Below, piece by piece: positions 31,527-40,918 of a stretch of 64,000 nucleotides of DNA. Location: IMG/VR virus record IMGVR_UViG_3300034198_013268, positions 9,422-73,421 of that record; one strand, given 5' to 3'. The stretch comes from a virus. The notes under the pieces are model-generated. The model ran no database searches and was not told where the DNA came from. It saw only the letters and a list, made by a program, of their open reading frames with translations. Numbering within the stretch: the first letter of the stretch is position 1; every line of letters starts with the position of its first letter. Made by a program: the position numbers and the translations under genes.

Positions 31527-33010
31527 TATTCCTCCGTTGTGAGTTCTGATTCGGCAGAAAGAATTTCAAATTCCATCAGTGTGGAAACAAAATTATCCTC
31601 TGCTGATTTTTCGCTATTCTTAGGCATTGCTGAACCGGTTGCCCAACTTCCTGGAATTAGTTCTTCCAACCCGAGGTCAACTGCACGCTTCATGATGTGA
31701 GCTTTTGCTGCTTCTGGGTCTTTTGCTCTACCGAACGCCTGAACAGCATTGCGGAGGTCGTTTTCATCCGCGATTGGATACGAGCCGTCTGGAAGTGCAG
31801 AGCCCTTGCTGGCCATCGAACCACGAGTTTCTTCGCTGTACGCTCGCTTGAGTGCAATCTCTGCAGCTTCTGCTTCGATAGCGCTGGCTTCTTCTTGGGT
31901 GTACTCGTCGTATCCAAGAACTTCACCATCAAGAGAAACAAAAACGTCGTAAGACTTTCCGTTCATTCCCTCAATTTCAACAGCGTAAACATCGTAGCCT
32001 TCAAATACATCGGGCTCTACTGCAACAATATCGCCTTCGACGCTCTTTGTTGCAATCTCTGCTGCTTCTCCAAAACCAATCATGACCTTGTTTTCCAAAG
32101 CTGATTTAACTTGCATCACGTCGTTATTAAGCATGTGCCAGCCCATGACTTCACCGGTAGAACCATCAAAGAAGATTTCTACAGGCTTGCCATCTTTACG
32201 CTCAACGTCAACAACAAAAAGGTCTGCCTCATCTGAGTAGCCAGAGTCAAGAACTTTGCCGCGGAACATATCCTCGGCCATTCCCTCAACTTCGATTAGC
32301 GCCGGCATTCCCTTTTCGGAAACACATCCACCAGGGCATGAATCACAAACTTGCGTTCCGCCTGGGTAAACCTTACGGTCATATGAACAGATAAATGCGT
32401 TCTTGTCAAACTCTGAAGACTTATAACCCATGCTCATGAGGCGACGCTTTTTCATTTGTTCACGTGTTGCCTGAAGCGGGTTGCCCTGAGCATCCTCTTC
32501 TTCCTCGTCCATGCCGTTGTCCATTTCGTCTTCAGCATCCCACTCAGCATCTTCCATAGCAATTGGCGTACGCTTCTTTTTTGGAGCGGAACGACTGACA
32601 TACATATCGCCTTCATCAACCATGTCGTCATCTTCGTGCATCATCTTCATGTCTTCGTCTGCCATCATTGTGCCGTCTGGCATCATGTGTGTTCTCTTTT
32701 TCTTGATAGGCATCCCATTTTCGTCTTCAAGCTCCTCGTCGACTCCGCCGTCGGTGACGTCTTCTGCATCGTATAGGTCATCATTCATTCCAGCATCAAG
32801 AGCCGTGCCCTTGGGTTTCATCACTGGTTTTTTCGAAACAGGAATTTCTGGATTACCAACCATCCCCATTTTTACTTGCTGAGCCAAGGCTCCACATTTT
32901 CCGCAGACCTTAGCGCCTGGCTGATAGCCACATTCGCCCAGGTCTAATCCTTTGGCACAAACAGAAATTTCTCCATCTGCGTTTAACTTAGCTATCGGTG
33001 CGTCAGCCAT
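31526..33010 (-). CDS. Head-cluster protein (494 aa): Cys motifs, acidic tract, PepSY-like repeats, C-terminal DGSYPI module (possible scaffold or internal protein)
   Basis: CGKCGA and CDSCPGGC. Two PepSY-like units (EAAEIATKSVEGDIVAVE...VYAVEIEG.NGKSYDVFVSLDGEVL). ALPDGSYPIADENDLRNAVQAFGRAK...KAHIMKRA module. Confidence 0.7.
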   Translation of the reverse strand: MADAPIAKLNADGEISVCAKGLDLGECGYQPGAKVCGKCGALAQQVKMGMVGNPEIPVSKKPVMKPKGTALDAGMNDDLYDAEDVTDGGVDEELEDENGMPIKKKRTHMMPDGTMMADEDMKMMHEDDDMVDEGDMYVSRSAPKKKRTPIAMEDAEWDAEDEMDNGMDEEEEDAQGNPLQATREQMKKRRLMSMGYKSSEFDKNAFICSYDRKVYPGGTQVCDSCPGGCVSEKGMPALIEVEGMAEDMFRGKVLDSGYSDEADLFVVDVERKDGKPVEIFFDGSTGEVMGWHMLNNDVMQVKSALENKVMIGFGEAAEIATKSVEGDIVAVEPDVFEGYDVYAVEIEGMNGKSYDVFVSLDGEVLGYDEYTQEEASAIEAEAAEIALKRAYSEETRGSMASKGSALPDGSYPIADENDLRNAVQAFGRAKDPEAAKAHIMKRAVDLGLEELIPGSWATGSAMPKNSEKSAEDNFVSTLMEFEILSAESELTTEE

Positions 33011-33414
33011 TAGAATTTCTCCTTATATTGCATAGAACCGGACAGGCAACCTTTTGGGTTGGAACATCCTCCACATGGAGACGTTCGTGATTCTCCCGAG
33101 ACCATGCAGCGATACTTATGCGAATTTTTGTGTTGTTGTATAGGTTTAGCATAACCTATAACTGGCTTGCTCTGGCTGACGTCAACACGTTTTTTGGGTC
33201 GCGTAAACCTGGTTGACTTCTCTTCCAGCAAGGTTTTTTTATCTATTAATAAAGTGTCAACTGTTCCAGTTTTTTCAAGCGAGATTAAGCTCTTGTGGAG
33301 ACAGTCAAGTAATTCCCCAAAATGTGCTGCTTCTGTTTTTTGACCACTGATGAGTGCAGTTTTGAAAAGCTCAGCAATGTCGTCTATTTCACTGATGATT
33401 GACTCTTCTGTCAT
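33010..33414 (-). CDS. Hypothetical protein with C-terminal Cys cluster (possible Zn finger)
   Basis: 134 aa; CMVSG...PCGGCSNPKGC. Confidence 0.7.
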   Translation of the reverse strand: MTEESIISEIDDIAELFKTALISGQKTEAAHFGELLDCLHKSLISLEKTGTVDTLLIDKKTLLEEKSTRFTRPKKRVDVSQSKPVIGYAKPIQQHKNSHKYRCMVSGESRTSPCGGCSNPKGCLSGSMQYKEKF

Positions 33415-33419
33415 GTGGG

Positions 33420-35750
33420 TTATTCTGCCCAGTTTGACAATAAGTTGGTAGTTGCATCAATCGCGGCATTGCTCATCTGAGATACTCCAAGAATTTTGAT
33501 TCCGTCTTCTGTGACGAGAGACTTAATGGAGTGGTATCTTGCCACTTCTTCTAGACACGACTTTGCTTCAAATAGGTTCTGTATGTCAATCGGGAAAAGA
33601 AAAGCATCTAAATCCTGAGTTTCAAATTGAAACCCCGACTTGACGTGAAGGTCAGCAGACTCAGAAATAGAAACATAAATCTCTGATTTTCTACCATGTA
33701 GTTTTTTGGGCGACATAGGCGGCATGCGGTTATTTTTGTATTTTTCAAACGGGTCATCGGGTGGTTCACCGCCACTGCCGCCAGCGGCCGCCATTGGACG
33801 TGGTTTTTCCACAAACGAGGCCGGAAGTCTTTGCGGAACACGCTCAGGAACTGGCCTTGACGGTGCTGGAGCTGGTGTACTAGGACGAGACGGCACAGGG
33901 CGCGGGATTGGTGTTTTCTCTGGCACTTTCTCCGGAACCTCAATTGGCTCATCTGTCTTAGGCATGCGAGGAGCAATTTTTCTTGGAGCAGGAAGATTGT
34001 CGAGACCAGTGGGTCCTGTAACAAAACCGTCACTATCTCCGTCGTATTTTGCTGGTTCCACTCGTACGGCGGCTCTAGCACCACCAATTGTTTGTCTTGC
34101 TTGTCGAGGTAGCGCTTTCTCTAAGGCGTCCAGGGCACTAACTACCGCGTTAGATGCTTCATTTCCATACCAGTCAATGTTAGGGATAGCAAAGCCATCA
34201 CTAAGAAGCTCTACAGTGAATCCGTGATGAAAGCCTATTTCATTAGCCGCCTCAAATGACTCAATATCATCAGATTTAATAAACATATGGATTCCAGGGT
34301 TTTCAGACTTAAAATCATTCCAGGAAGCCATTGGCGTTGAAATGCCGCATGAGCCGCCGCATTCTCCACCACAAGCACAGTCCGACTTTTGCCCACCACA
34401 TGCGCCGCCACAGCCACATGAACCATGGCTTTCTTCGTGCTCTTCGTGGTGGGAGTCATTTATTGGCATGTATACAACTTCAGCCCTAACTGGAGTTGCT
34501 GCCCCAAACATAAAATCAACACCATTGGGAGTGTGATAGCTGCCGCGAAGTGTTTCCGTGTGCCCATCTCTGGTTAAATCAAATACAACAATATTTTCTT
34601 CAGCGCTTCTGATTACTATTTCTCCACCAAAATGAATGCTGATATTTTTAGCAAGAGCACCCATTCTGCCCGCTATAGGGTTTTGCCCCACTTCACCAGG
34701 ACTATAAATAATTTCGTCAGTTTTTTTAAAGATTCTTCTGCCCATACCCCAAAAAAACTTTTCTTCTTCGTTGTCGGGAAATTCTTTAGCATTGCTGTAT
34801 TTTTTTAAAAGGTTTCTTCCTTTTTGTGCCAGCTTTGCTGCATCTTGAGCGTTTTTGGGTACTGGCTCTCCCCATGCTGCGGCAGATAGCGCCAGTCTTG
34901 TCGGTTTGCCATCGTCGCCAACCATTGGTCCTGATGGGTTTGTAAAAAACCGAGTCAGGAACGAACCCTTGCGACGCATTTTCTCAGGGGTGTTTGCAGG
35001 CCCCTTTACGCCTGGCTTAAGATTTGCTCCCTCAGTTCGTTTAAAATACTTTCTTCCGGCTGCCGTGAGGCCGCCATCTGGGTCCTTGAGTGGTTCGTCG
35101 GCGCTCTTTTGGCTGCCGTCAATAGGAATGCAATTAGGAACCATCTTGCCATCTTTGCCTGGCTTCATGCCCAACTGTTCGTAGCCGGGCCAGCATGGTC
35201 CAGAATCTGCAGCTTTCTGCTCGTCAGATTTGATTGATAGCGTGGCTGTTAGTTGATTTGCTCCATGCAGAACTGGAGAAACTTCGTATAGCTCAACTTC
35301 TTTAAGGAGATTGGCTTGTTGACTTGAGTCAAAAACGGCATCAAGTGTTTTGTACCCAATTGACCACTCTTGCTCTTCCCCAAAGAAAGCAACGTTTGCA
35401 AAAGCTTCGCGCCCTTTCTCGGCAGCAAGGTTAAATTGTACTCTTGCAAAAAGTCCGCCAACGCGCTTTTCTCTCATTTTTGCTGGAAGACGAGGGTCGT
35501 TTGGACCAACCTCGTATATCTCAAGAACTTTACCAATTGGCTCATTCCAGTTATGTCCCCAGACAACGCGAGGCTTACGGCGCTTAAGCGATGAACTAAA
35601 GCATCCAGGCAAACAAATGTCACCAACGCTGTCTTTGTTTCCCAATGCTGCCACAAAACATTCAACTAAACCCTGGGCTTGATTTACGTTTACTTGGCCA
35701 GGGATGGACTTGTACAGAGTTTCAGTAAAGTTTGATGTCTGAAATGACAT
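33420..35750 (-). CDS. HK97-family prohead (capsid maturation) protease with long modular C-terminal extension
   Basis: N-terminal about 175 aa has VVWGHNW (His), WSIGY (Ser) and ELYEVSPVLHGAN. It is followed by CWPGY...VPNC, a DUF6321-like GGLTAAGRKYF...RKGSFLTRF module, and Cys/Gly-rich and Pro-rich tracts. Confidence 0.9.
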   Translation of the reverse strand: MSFQTSNFTETLYKSIPGQVNVNQAQGLVECFVAALGNKDSVGDICLPGCFSSSLKRRKPRVVWGHNWNEPIGKVLEIYEVGPNDPRLPAKMREKRVGGLFARVQFNLAAEKGREAFANVAFFGEEQEWSIGYKTLDAVFDSSQQANLLKEVELYEVSPVLHGANQLTATLSIKSDEQKAADSGPCWPGYEQLGMKPGKDGKMVPNCIPIDGSQKSADEPLKDPDGGLTAAGRKYFKRTEGANLKPGVKGPANTPEKMRRKGSFLTRFFTNPSGPMVGDDGKPTRLALSAAAWGEPVPKNAQDAAKLAQKGRNLLKKYSNAKEFPDNEEEKFFWGMGRRIFKKTDEIIYSPGEVGQNPIAGRMGALAKNISIHFGGEIVIRSAEENIVVFDLTRDGHTETLRGSYHTPNGVDFMFGAATPVRAEVVYMPINDSHHEEHEESHGSCGCGGACGGQKSDCACGGECGGSCGISTPMASWNDFKSENPGIHMFIKSDDIESFEAANEIGFHHGFTVELLSDGFAIPNIDWYGNEASNAVVSALDALEKALPRQARQTIGGARAAVRVEPAKYDGDSDGFVTGPTGLDNLPAPRKIAPRMPKTDEPIEVPEKVPEKTPIPRPVPSRPSTPAPAPSRPVPERVPQRLPASFVEKPRPMAAAGGSGGEPPDDPFEKYKNNRMPPMSPKKLHGRKSEIYVSISESADLHVKSGFQFETQDLDAFLFPIDIQNLFEAKSCLEEVARYHSIKSLVTEDGIKILGVSQMSNAAIDATTNLLSNWAE

Positions 35751-35856
35751 GCGTCTACCTTTCGAGCGAACTCTTTTAATGATAAACCGTCAGAACCCTC
35801 TTCAGGTATAACAATTTAAAGGTATTAGTGCCTTTTAGTAAACTGTAGGACTTTTA

Positions 35857-38130
35857 TTAATCTACGCTAAAACGAAGTTTACAGCGGCAGTTCATAGCCA
35901 GGTGAGGCGGAGCTAACGGGTCGCCAGGAAAACGAAGTTCTCCATCATCGAACGTAAATGCACCAGATACAGGAATACTCTTTCCTTCAAGAAGTCTATG
36001 CTCCCCACGTACTTTTGCGTCTTTACGAGTTGCCCATGTTTTAGACGATGCTCCCACTTGTTTTGCGCCAAAGTAAAGGCCGGCGTTATATGAGCTTTGA
36101 CCTTCGTGTTCCGCCATTACTCTTTTCTTTTTGGAAAGAAGATTGATAAAAATTGCCGCAAGAGCAGCTTTCAGCATCCCAATCTTGTCTTCTTCGCTAG
36201 ACAGCGCAGAAGAAATTAATATTGCCGAAGCAACCTCATTGCGGGTTGTGTCGTTTGCTTTGCGTGTTCGCTCTATTTGAGCATCAAGAAATTCTTTAAC
36301 TTCTTCTTCGTCCATCTCTATTGGCATAGATGTCTGCTGATTAACCAAACCAGAAGCGTCCTTAACTATCCCTGAATACACAGGACGAAGGTCTTCTTCT
36401 ATTTGCTTATTCCAAACATTGATATCAAAAATAGAATCAACTTCAAGATTTCCGGCTTCTATAGCTTTGCGAGATTTTGCTCCACTGGCTTTTTCCATAA
36501 CAACGCGTTGCTGTCTTTCAAAAAAACGCTCTAGGTTTCTATCGAGTATTTCTGTCCAGCTATCGGCACTTTGGTCTGCTTTTGTTTCCCACTCCGATAT
36601 TTGTGACCATTCTGCAGTTTTGGTACTCATACCGCCCTGGTCTGCTGAAAGGGCACTAGGAGACCCCTGAGGCATGTTTGCTGCAACACTTTGCTGTTGT
36701 GTGGCCTGTTCTGCCATTAAAGCTGCGGTCATTCCTTCCGCTGGAGATGCTTGTCCTGTGGCGTCAATCATTTGAGGCACGGCTGGAGGCTGCTCTCCCG
36801 GTGGCGGCACTGCACCTTCGGGTCCTGCTGGCATTGCTCCGGCAGCTGCTACGCCAGGCATTCCTGGTTGCGGTGGGGGCTGTGCAGTTGAATCAAATTT
36901 CTTATCCGTATAACCAATTGGAGTCAAGTTAGGGTTGGCTAACATTGCTTGCATTAAATCAGAATCAATATGCTTACGACCTGTTTGCATTCTGTATTCA
37001 TTGCCGCTAATTAAACCGTTTTGGAATTCATCAAGCAAATAGCGTTCGCGCTCCTGCTTGTACAAAATGAGGATAGGGACTTCAGATGTGTCAAAGTCAA
37101 TGTAGTACTCGTCGTCCAACTCATCAAGGGCACGACCAATCAATTCCATGTGGGGAAGCATTGTTTCGTTCCAGAAGACGCGATGTTCTTCTGCGGCGTT
37201 TGAGAATGTTCGTCCTGAAGCATTGCCGATTACTGATTCTGGGACACCAAACGAAGCAAGGATTTCTTCTTTTGTAATCTGGCGCATTTGGATGTAATTT
37301 GCGTCGCGAGGGCTAGCACCGGTATCTACGTAATCAACGCCTTCATCTGAAGAAACAACAGTAATTGAACCAGCACGGTTTACGTTTCCTCTAAACCTGG
37401 CGCGAAGTTCATCCTTATCATCGTCATCAATTTCACCGCGAACAACAATCATTCCACCCGGACGACCATCATTTAAAAGGAAGTTGCGGTTGTATGTCTT
37501 GGATAAGTTTTCAATTTCTATTGCTATTCCAGCAGACTCCAAGGGGGTCAGGGAGAGGTAGGGGTCAAGGGGGTGAGGCTTGCGAACCCAAATAACGTCT
37601 TCCGGTTTTAGGTATATTTTTGTCCCATTGCGCATATCGACCTCAAAGCCGGATACAAATGTTTTTGGGTCAGGGATGGGTGCCGTATGTTGGGGCGGTA
37701 GAAGCTGCAACGCAATAATAGAGCCATCTCGGCCTCGCACTTTCTCTATGAATGCTCCACGGGAAGACATGAGTAACTGGGAAGATAGTCGATAACGGAA
37801 TATGAATGAGTTCTCAGCCATATTGGCTTTGGAGTTCAAAATGTCAAGGATTTTATTGTCCTTATTATCTTTGACAATTTTTCCGTGGGGGGAGTTGTCG
37901 GCACGCAAGATAGCTGGAAGACGACTCTGGTTGCCAGCAATAGCATCGATGCATCGGTTTACCCATGTGACCTTTGCCATTCCCTCTCTGTAGGCGCGTT
38001 CTATGTCCCAAGAATCTTTGTACGGGCGTCCAACCATGCCTGTATTGAAGGCAACAGGCGCACCAGGCGTCATGATAGATTTAGCTTCCGAGTTACCTAA
38101 AGACTTATTGCTACTTGAGTTCCATGCCAT
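35857..38130 (-). CDS. Portal protein (HK97 family) fused to a C-terminal MuF/SPP1-gp7-like head morphogenesis domain
   Basis: WVNRCIDAIA, LSLTPLESA, FLLNDGRPGG, EILASFGVP...TFSNA portal motifs. C-terminal KTWATRKDAKVRGEH...LRFPGDP...NCRC is the MuF signature. Confidence 0.92.
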   Translation of the reverse strand: MAWNSSSNKSLGNSEAKSIMTPGAPVAFNTGMVGRPYKDSWDIERAYREGMAKVTWVNRCIDAIAGNQSRLPAILRADNSPHGKIVKDNKDNKILDILNSKANMAENSFIFRYRLSSQLLMSSRGAFIEKVRGRDGSIIALQLLPPQHTAPIPDPKTFVSGFEVDMRNGTKIYLKPEDVIWVRKPHPLDPYLSLTPLESAGIAIEIENLSKTYNRNFLLNDGRPGGMIVVRGEIDDDDKDELRARFRGNVNRAGSITVVSSDEGVDYVDTGASPRDANYIQMRQITKEEILASFGVPESVIGNASGRTFSNAAEEHRVFWNETMLPHMELIGRALDELDDEYYIDFDTSEVPILILYKQERERYLLDEFQNGLISGNEYRMQTGRKHIDSDLMQAMLANPNLTPIGYTDKKFDSTAQPPPQPGMPGVAAAGAMPAGPEGAVPPPGEQPPAVPQMIDATGQASPAEGMTAALMAEQATQQQSVAANMPQGSPSALSADQGGMSTKTAEWSQISEWETKADQSADSWTEILDRNLERFFERQQRVVMEKASGAKSRKAIEAGNLEVDSIFDINVWNKQIEEDLRPVYSGIVKDASGLVNQQTSMPIEMDEEEVKEFLDAQIERTRKANDTTRNEVASAILISSALSSEEDKIGMLKAALAAIFINLLSKKKRVMAEHEGQSSYNAGLYFGAKQVGASSKTWATRKDAKVRGEHRLLEGKSIPVSGAFTFDDGELRFPGDPLAPPHLAMNCRCKLRFSVD

Positions 38131-38140
38131 ATTTATTTAC

Positions 38141-38308
38141 TTATTCCAGTCCTAGGAGGAGCCCAACTATGCCACAGGCGATTCCTGCAGATATAAAGCC
38201 AACAGACACGTCAATTAAAAACGCGCCGATAGATGTCATAATTATAAATGACCCTATGAGTATATTGGCGCTTGTAGCGCGGGTTAGTCGTTTGAGGACG
38301 TTTTTCAC
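38141..38308 (-). CDS. Small membrane protein upstream of portal (55 aa)
   Basis: Read by hand, below the ORF-track cutoff. GTG start; VKNVLKRLTRATSANILIGSFIIMTSIGAFLIDVSVGFISAGIACGIVGLLLGLE, with two hydrophobic stretches. Confidence 0.7.
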   Translation of the reverse strand: MKNVLKRLTRATSANILIGSFIIMTSIGAFLIDVSVGFISAGIACGIVGLLLGLE

Positions 38309-38381
38309 CGGTGTACCCTGTTTTCCGAATGATTATGTATGGTTTAATACTAGTAGGAAAAATGCTGAACAATAGGATGAT

Positions 38382-39686
38382 ATGACAAATTGGCAAGAAG
38401 TTTTAGAGTACCTAGAACCCAAGAAACCGTCTTTCTGTCCAGAAGAAGCGTCACTAACCCAAAAAGTTTTTTTGAGGACTTACTCAATGGAAGCTCTTTT
38501 TGGCGGAGCGGCTGGTGGTGGAAAAAGTTCCGCGCTACTGATGGCTGCCCTTCAGTATGTAGATATCCCAGGATATTCAGCTATTTTATTTCGTCGTACG
38601 TATGCCGACTTGGCTCTTCCTGGAGCTTTGATGGACCGTTTTAGGTCTTGGATTTCTAATTATGACGATGTTCATTGGAACGCTAATAGCTATGTAGCTA
38701 CGTTTCCATCGGGGGCCAGAATTTCGTTTGGTTACCTAAACAATACAAATGACTACCTTCGTTATAAGGGTTCGGAATTTCAATTTATAGGCATGGACGA
38801 GGTCACCGAAATTAGAGAAGCCGACTATAGATATCTCTTCTCCCGACTACGCCGGCCAAGCACAGGTGAGCTCTCTAAGGTTCCGTTGCGTATGCGCGCC
38901 GCCTCAAACCCTGCTCCCAATTGGGTTAGACAAAGATTTATTGTTGAAGGCGATACCGCTGGTCGTATATTTGTGCCTTCAATGCTTACTGACAACCCGG
39001 GAATTGATGCCGAGTCTTACAGACAGTCTCTCTCTGCCCTGGACCCCATAGAACGCCGCAGACTAGAGATGGGAGACTGGTGGGCTACCAGTCTTGGTAC
39101 ACTCTTTGATAGAACCTCGTTCGTCATAGTCGACCATACCGAAGTGCCGCATGTCACATCAGCCGCAAGAGCAGTTCGTTTCTGGGACCTTGCCGCCACG
39201 GAACCATCTCACTCAAACCCGAACCCTGACTGGACAGTTGGGACACTGATGTTATTTGACCAAGGGATAGCTTACGTCCTGGACATTAAACGAGCCAGGG
39301 TAAAAAACGAGAAAGTAGAACAGCTGGTTGCTCAAACCGCTATTGAGGATGGTCATGCTGTCTCAATTAGAATGGAGCAAGAACCCGGTTCTTCCGGTAA
39401 AGCACTGGTTGACCAATACGCAAGGTACGTTGTACCTGGGTATGACCTGATTGGAATACGACCAACCGGAGACAAAGTGACTCGAGCCAGACCTTTTGCT
39501 GCAGCCGCAGCCAATGGAAACGTACGGCTCGTTAGGGGTCCTTGGCTTTCTGACTGGCTCGATGAATTCTCTTCTTTTCCTGAAGCGGGAGACCATGACG
39601 ACCAAGTTGACTCCGCCGTGGGAGCTTTTACACATTTAGCAGGTTTGGGGTTGCCACAACGACGACCAACCCATATACTCATCTAG
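38382..39686 (+). CDS. terL: Terminase large subunit
   Basis: Walker A GGAAGGGKS, Walker B FIGMDE, ASNP coupling motif, nuclease motifs FWDLA and HDDQVDS. Confidence 0.95.
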   Translation: MTNWQEVLEYLEPKKPSFCPEEASLTQKVFLRTYSMEALFGGAAGGGKSSALLMAALQYVDIPGYSAILFRRTYADLALPGALMDRFRSWISNYDDVHWNANSYVATFPSGARISFGYLNNTNDYLRYKGSEFQFIGMDEVTEIREADYRYLFSRLRRPSTGELSKVPLRMRAASNPAPNWVRQRFIVEGDTAGRIFVPSMLTDNPGIDAESYRQSLSALDPIERRRLEMGDWWATSLGTLFDRTSFVIVDHTEVPHVTSAARAVRFWDLAATEPSHSNPNPDWTVGTLMLFDQGIAYVLDIKRARVKNEKVEQLVAQTAIEDGHAVSIRMEQEPGSSGKALVDQYARYVVPGYDLIGIRPTGDKVTRARPFAAAAANGNVRLVRGPWLSDWLDEFSSFPEAGDHDDQVDSAVGAFTHLAGLGLPQRRPTHILI

Positions 39687-39714
39687 GTAAACCTACTACC
39701 TACCTAGGAGACTC

Positions 39715-40245
39715 ATGAAAAATGAGGACACCCCTAATAGCAATGCGCTATTAGAAAACTGGCAAAATGCCGTTGATACCGTCAATCAAGCAATTATCCA
39801 AATGGATTCGCTATTTAAAGAGATAGCCGATACTCAAGCTATTGAAGAAGTATGCATTCGCATGTCTGACCTGCACTCAATAAAAGCATCAATCGCAATG
39901 GTGTATGACACCGGCGCAAAATTTACAACAGATGCTATGGGCAACCTCGGTGAAGTCAATCTTCCTAATGGAGTAAAGATTGAAAAGAAAACTGGTGCTG
40001 ACCGTAAGACATGGCAGCACGTAGATTTGGCCAAAAATATTGCTAGTCGATTGAGCGACATGTCGGTAGATATGGAAACTGGCGAAGTAATAATGAGTCC
40101 TCAAGAAATGGTTGTTAAACTTCTTGAGTATTGCGCTCCTTCCTATTGGCGCGTAAAAGAACTTGCAAAGATTGGCATTAGCGCGGACCGCTTTTGCGAA
40201 GTATCAGAACCTAAAACAAACATAATTATCCGAAAGGCTAAATAA
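39715..40245 (+). CDS. Hypothetical protein of the recombination cluster
   Basis: 176-aa ORF with AGGAG RBS, immediately upstream of the Rad52-like gene. Confidence 0.75.
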   Translation: MKNEDTPNSNALLENWQNAVDTVNQAIIQMDSLFKEIADTQAIEEVCIRMSDLHSIKASIAMVYDTGAKFTTDAMGNLGEVNLPNGVKIEKKTGADRKTWQHVDLAKNIASRLSDMSVDMETGEVIMSPQEMVVKLLEYCAPSYWRVKELAKIGISADRFCEVSEPKTNIIIRKAK

Positions 40246-40246
40246 C

Positions 40247-40918
40247 ATGAGCAACCTATATAACGAATTATCTAATCCGTTTCCACCCGAGATGGAACGT
40301 GAATTACGTAAAGGCGGTACCGCTCTTACCTATATTCCAGTAAGCGAAGTAATCACCCGTCTTAACAAGGTTCTCGGCGTTGAAAATTGGTCATTTGAAA
40401 TTGTTTCATGCAATCGTGATTCCATTGACCCTGATTACATTGTTGCCCATGCGCGCATTACGTGGTGGACAGGAGAGCCTTCGGGGGTGGTCATTCGTGA
40501 CGGCTTCGGAGGTCAAAAGATTAAGCGCACCAAAGCAGGAGACATTGTAGACCTTGGTGACGAGATGAAAGGTGCCGTATCTGATGCTCTCAAAAAAGCC
40601 GCTCAAACATTTGGAGTAGCTCTTTACCTTGCGCGCTCAGAAGAAGCCATGTATGCAGAAGTCGAACAAGACACAGTAGCAACCCCTCCTACGCCTGCTA
40701 TAAAAGTAGACTCCGAAATAGAGGGTATCTGGGAAGCTTTTATGAGTTTTACAAAGAAATTTAGTCCAGAACAAAAATCAAAATTGCGCGACATGTGGAG
40801 CGAATATAGCGACGGAGCACCAATTCCAAAGCTCAACACCGTAACTATTGAAGAAGCAGAATTCTTGCATGCTAGTGCTGTAGAAATCTCACTGGCAGAA
40901 AACTTCAAAAATGAGTGA
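40247..40918 (+). CDS. Rad52/Rad22-family (Sak-like) single-strand annealing protein
   Basis: LTYIPVSEVITRLNKVLGVENWSFEI...KGAVSDALKKAAQTFGVALYL. Confidence 0.88.
   Translation: MSNLYNELSNPFPPEMERELRKGGTALTYIPVSEVITRLNKVLGVENWSFEIVSCNRDSIDPDYIVAHARITWWTGEPSGVVIRDGFGGQKIKRTKAGDIVDLGDEMKGAVSDALKKAAQTFGVALYLARSEEAMYAEVEQDTVATPPTPAIKVDSEIEGIWEAFMSFTKKFSPEQKSKLRDMWSEYSDGAPIPKLNTVTIEEAEFLHASAVEISLAENFKNE

Noticed and set aside
191-38375. Many short plus-strand ORFs opposite the head genes (and minus-strand ORFs opposite the tail genes further right)
   Set aside because: They are antisense shadows of long coding frames with no recognisable motifs
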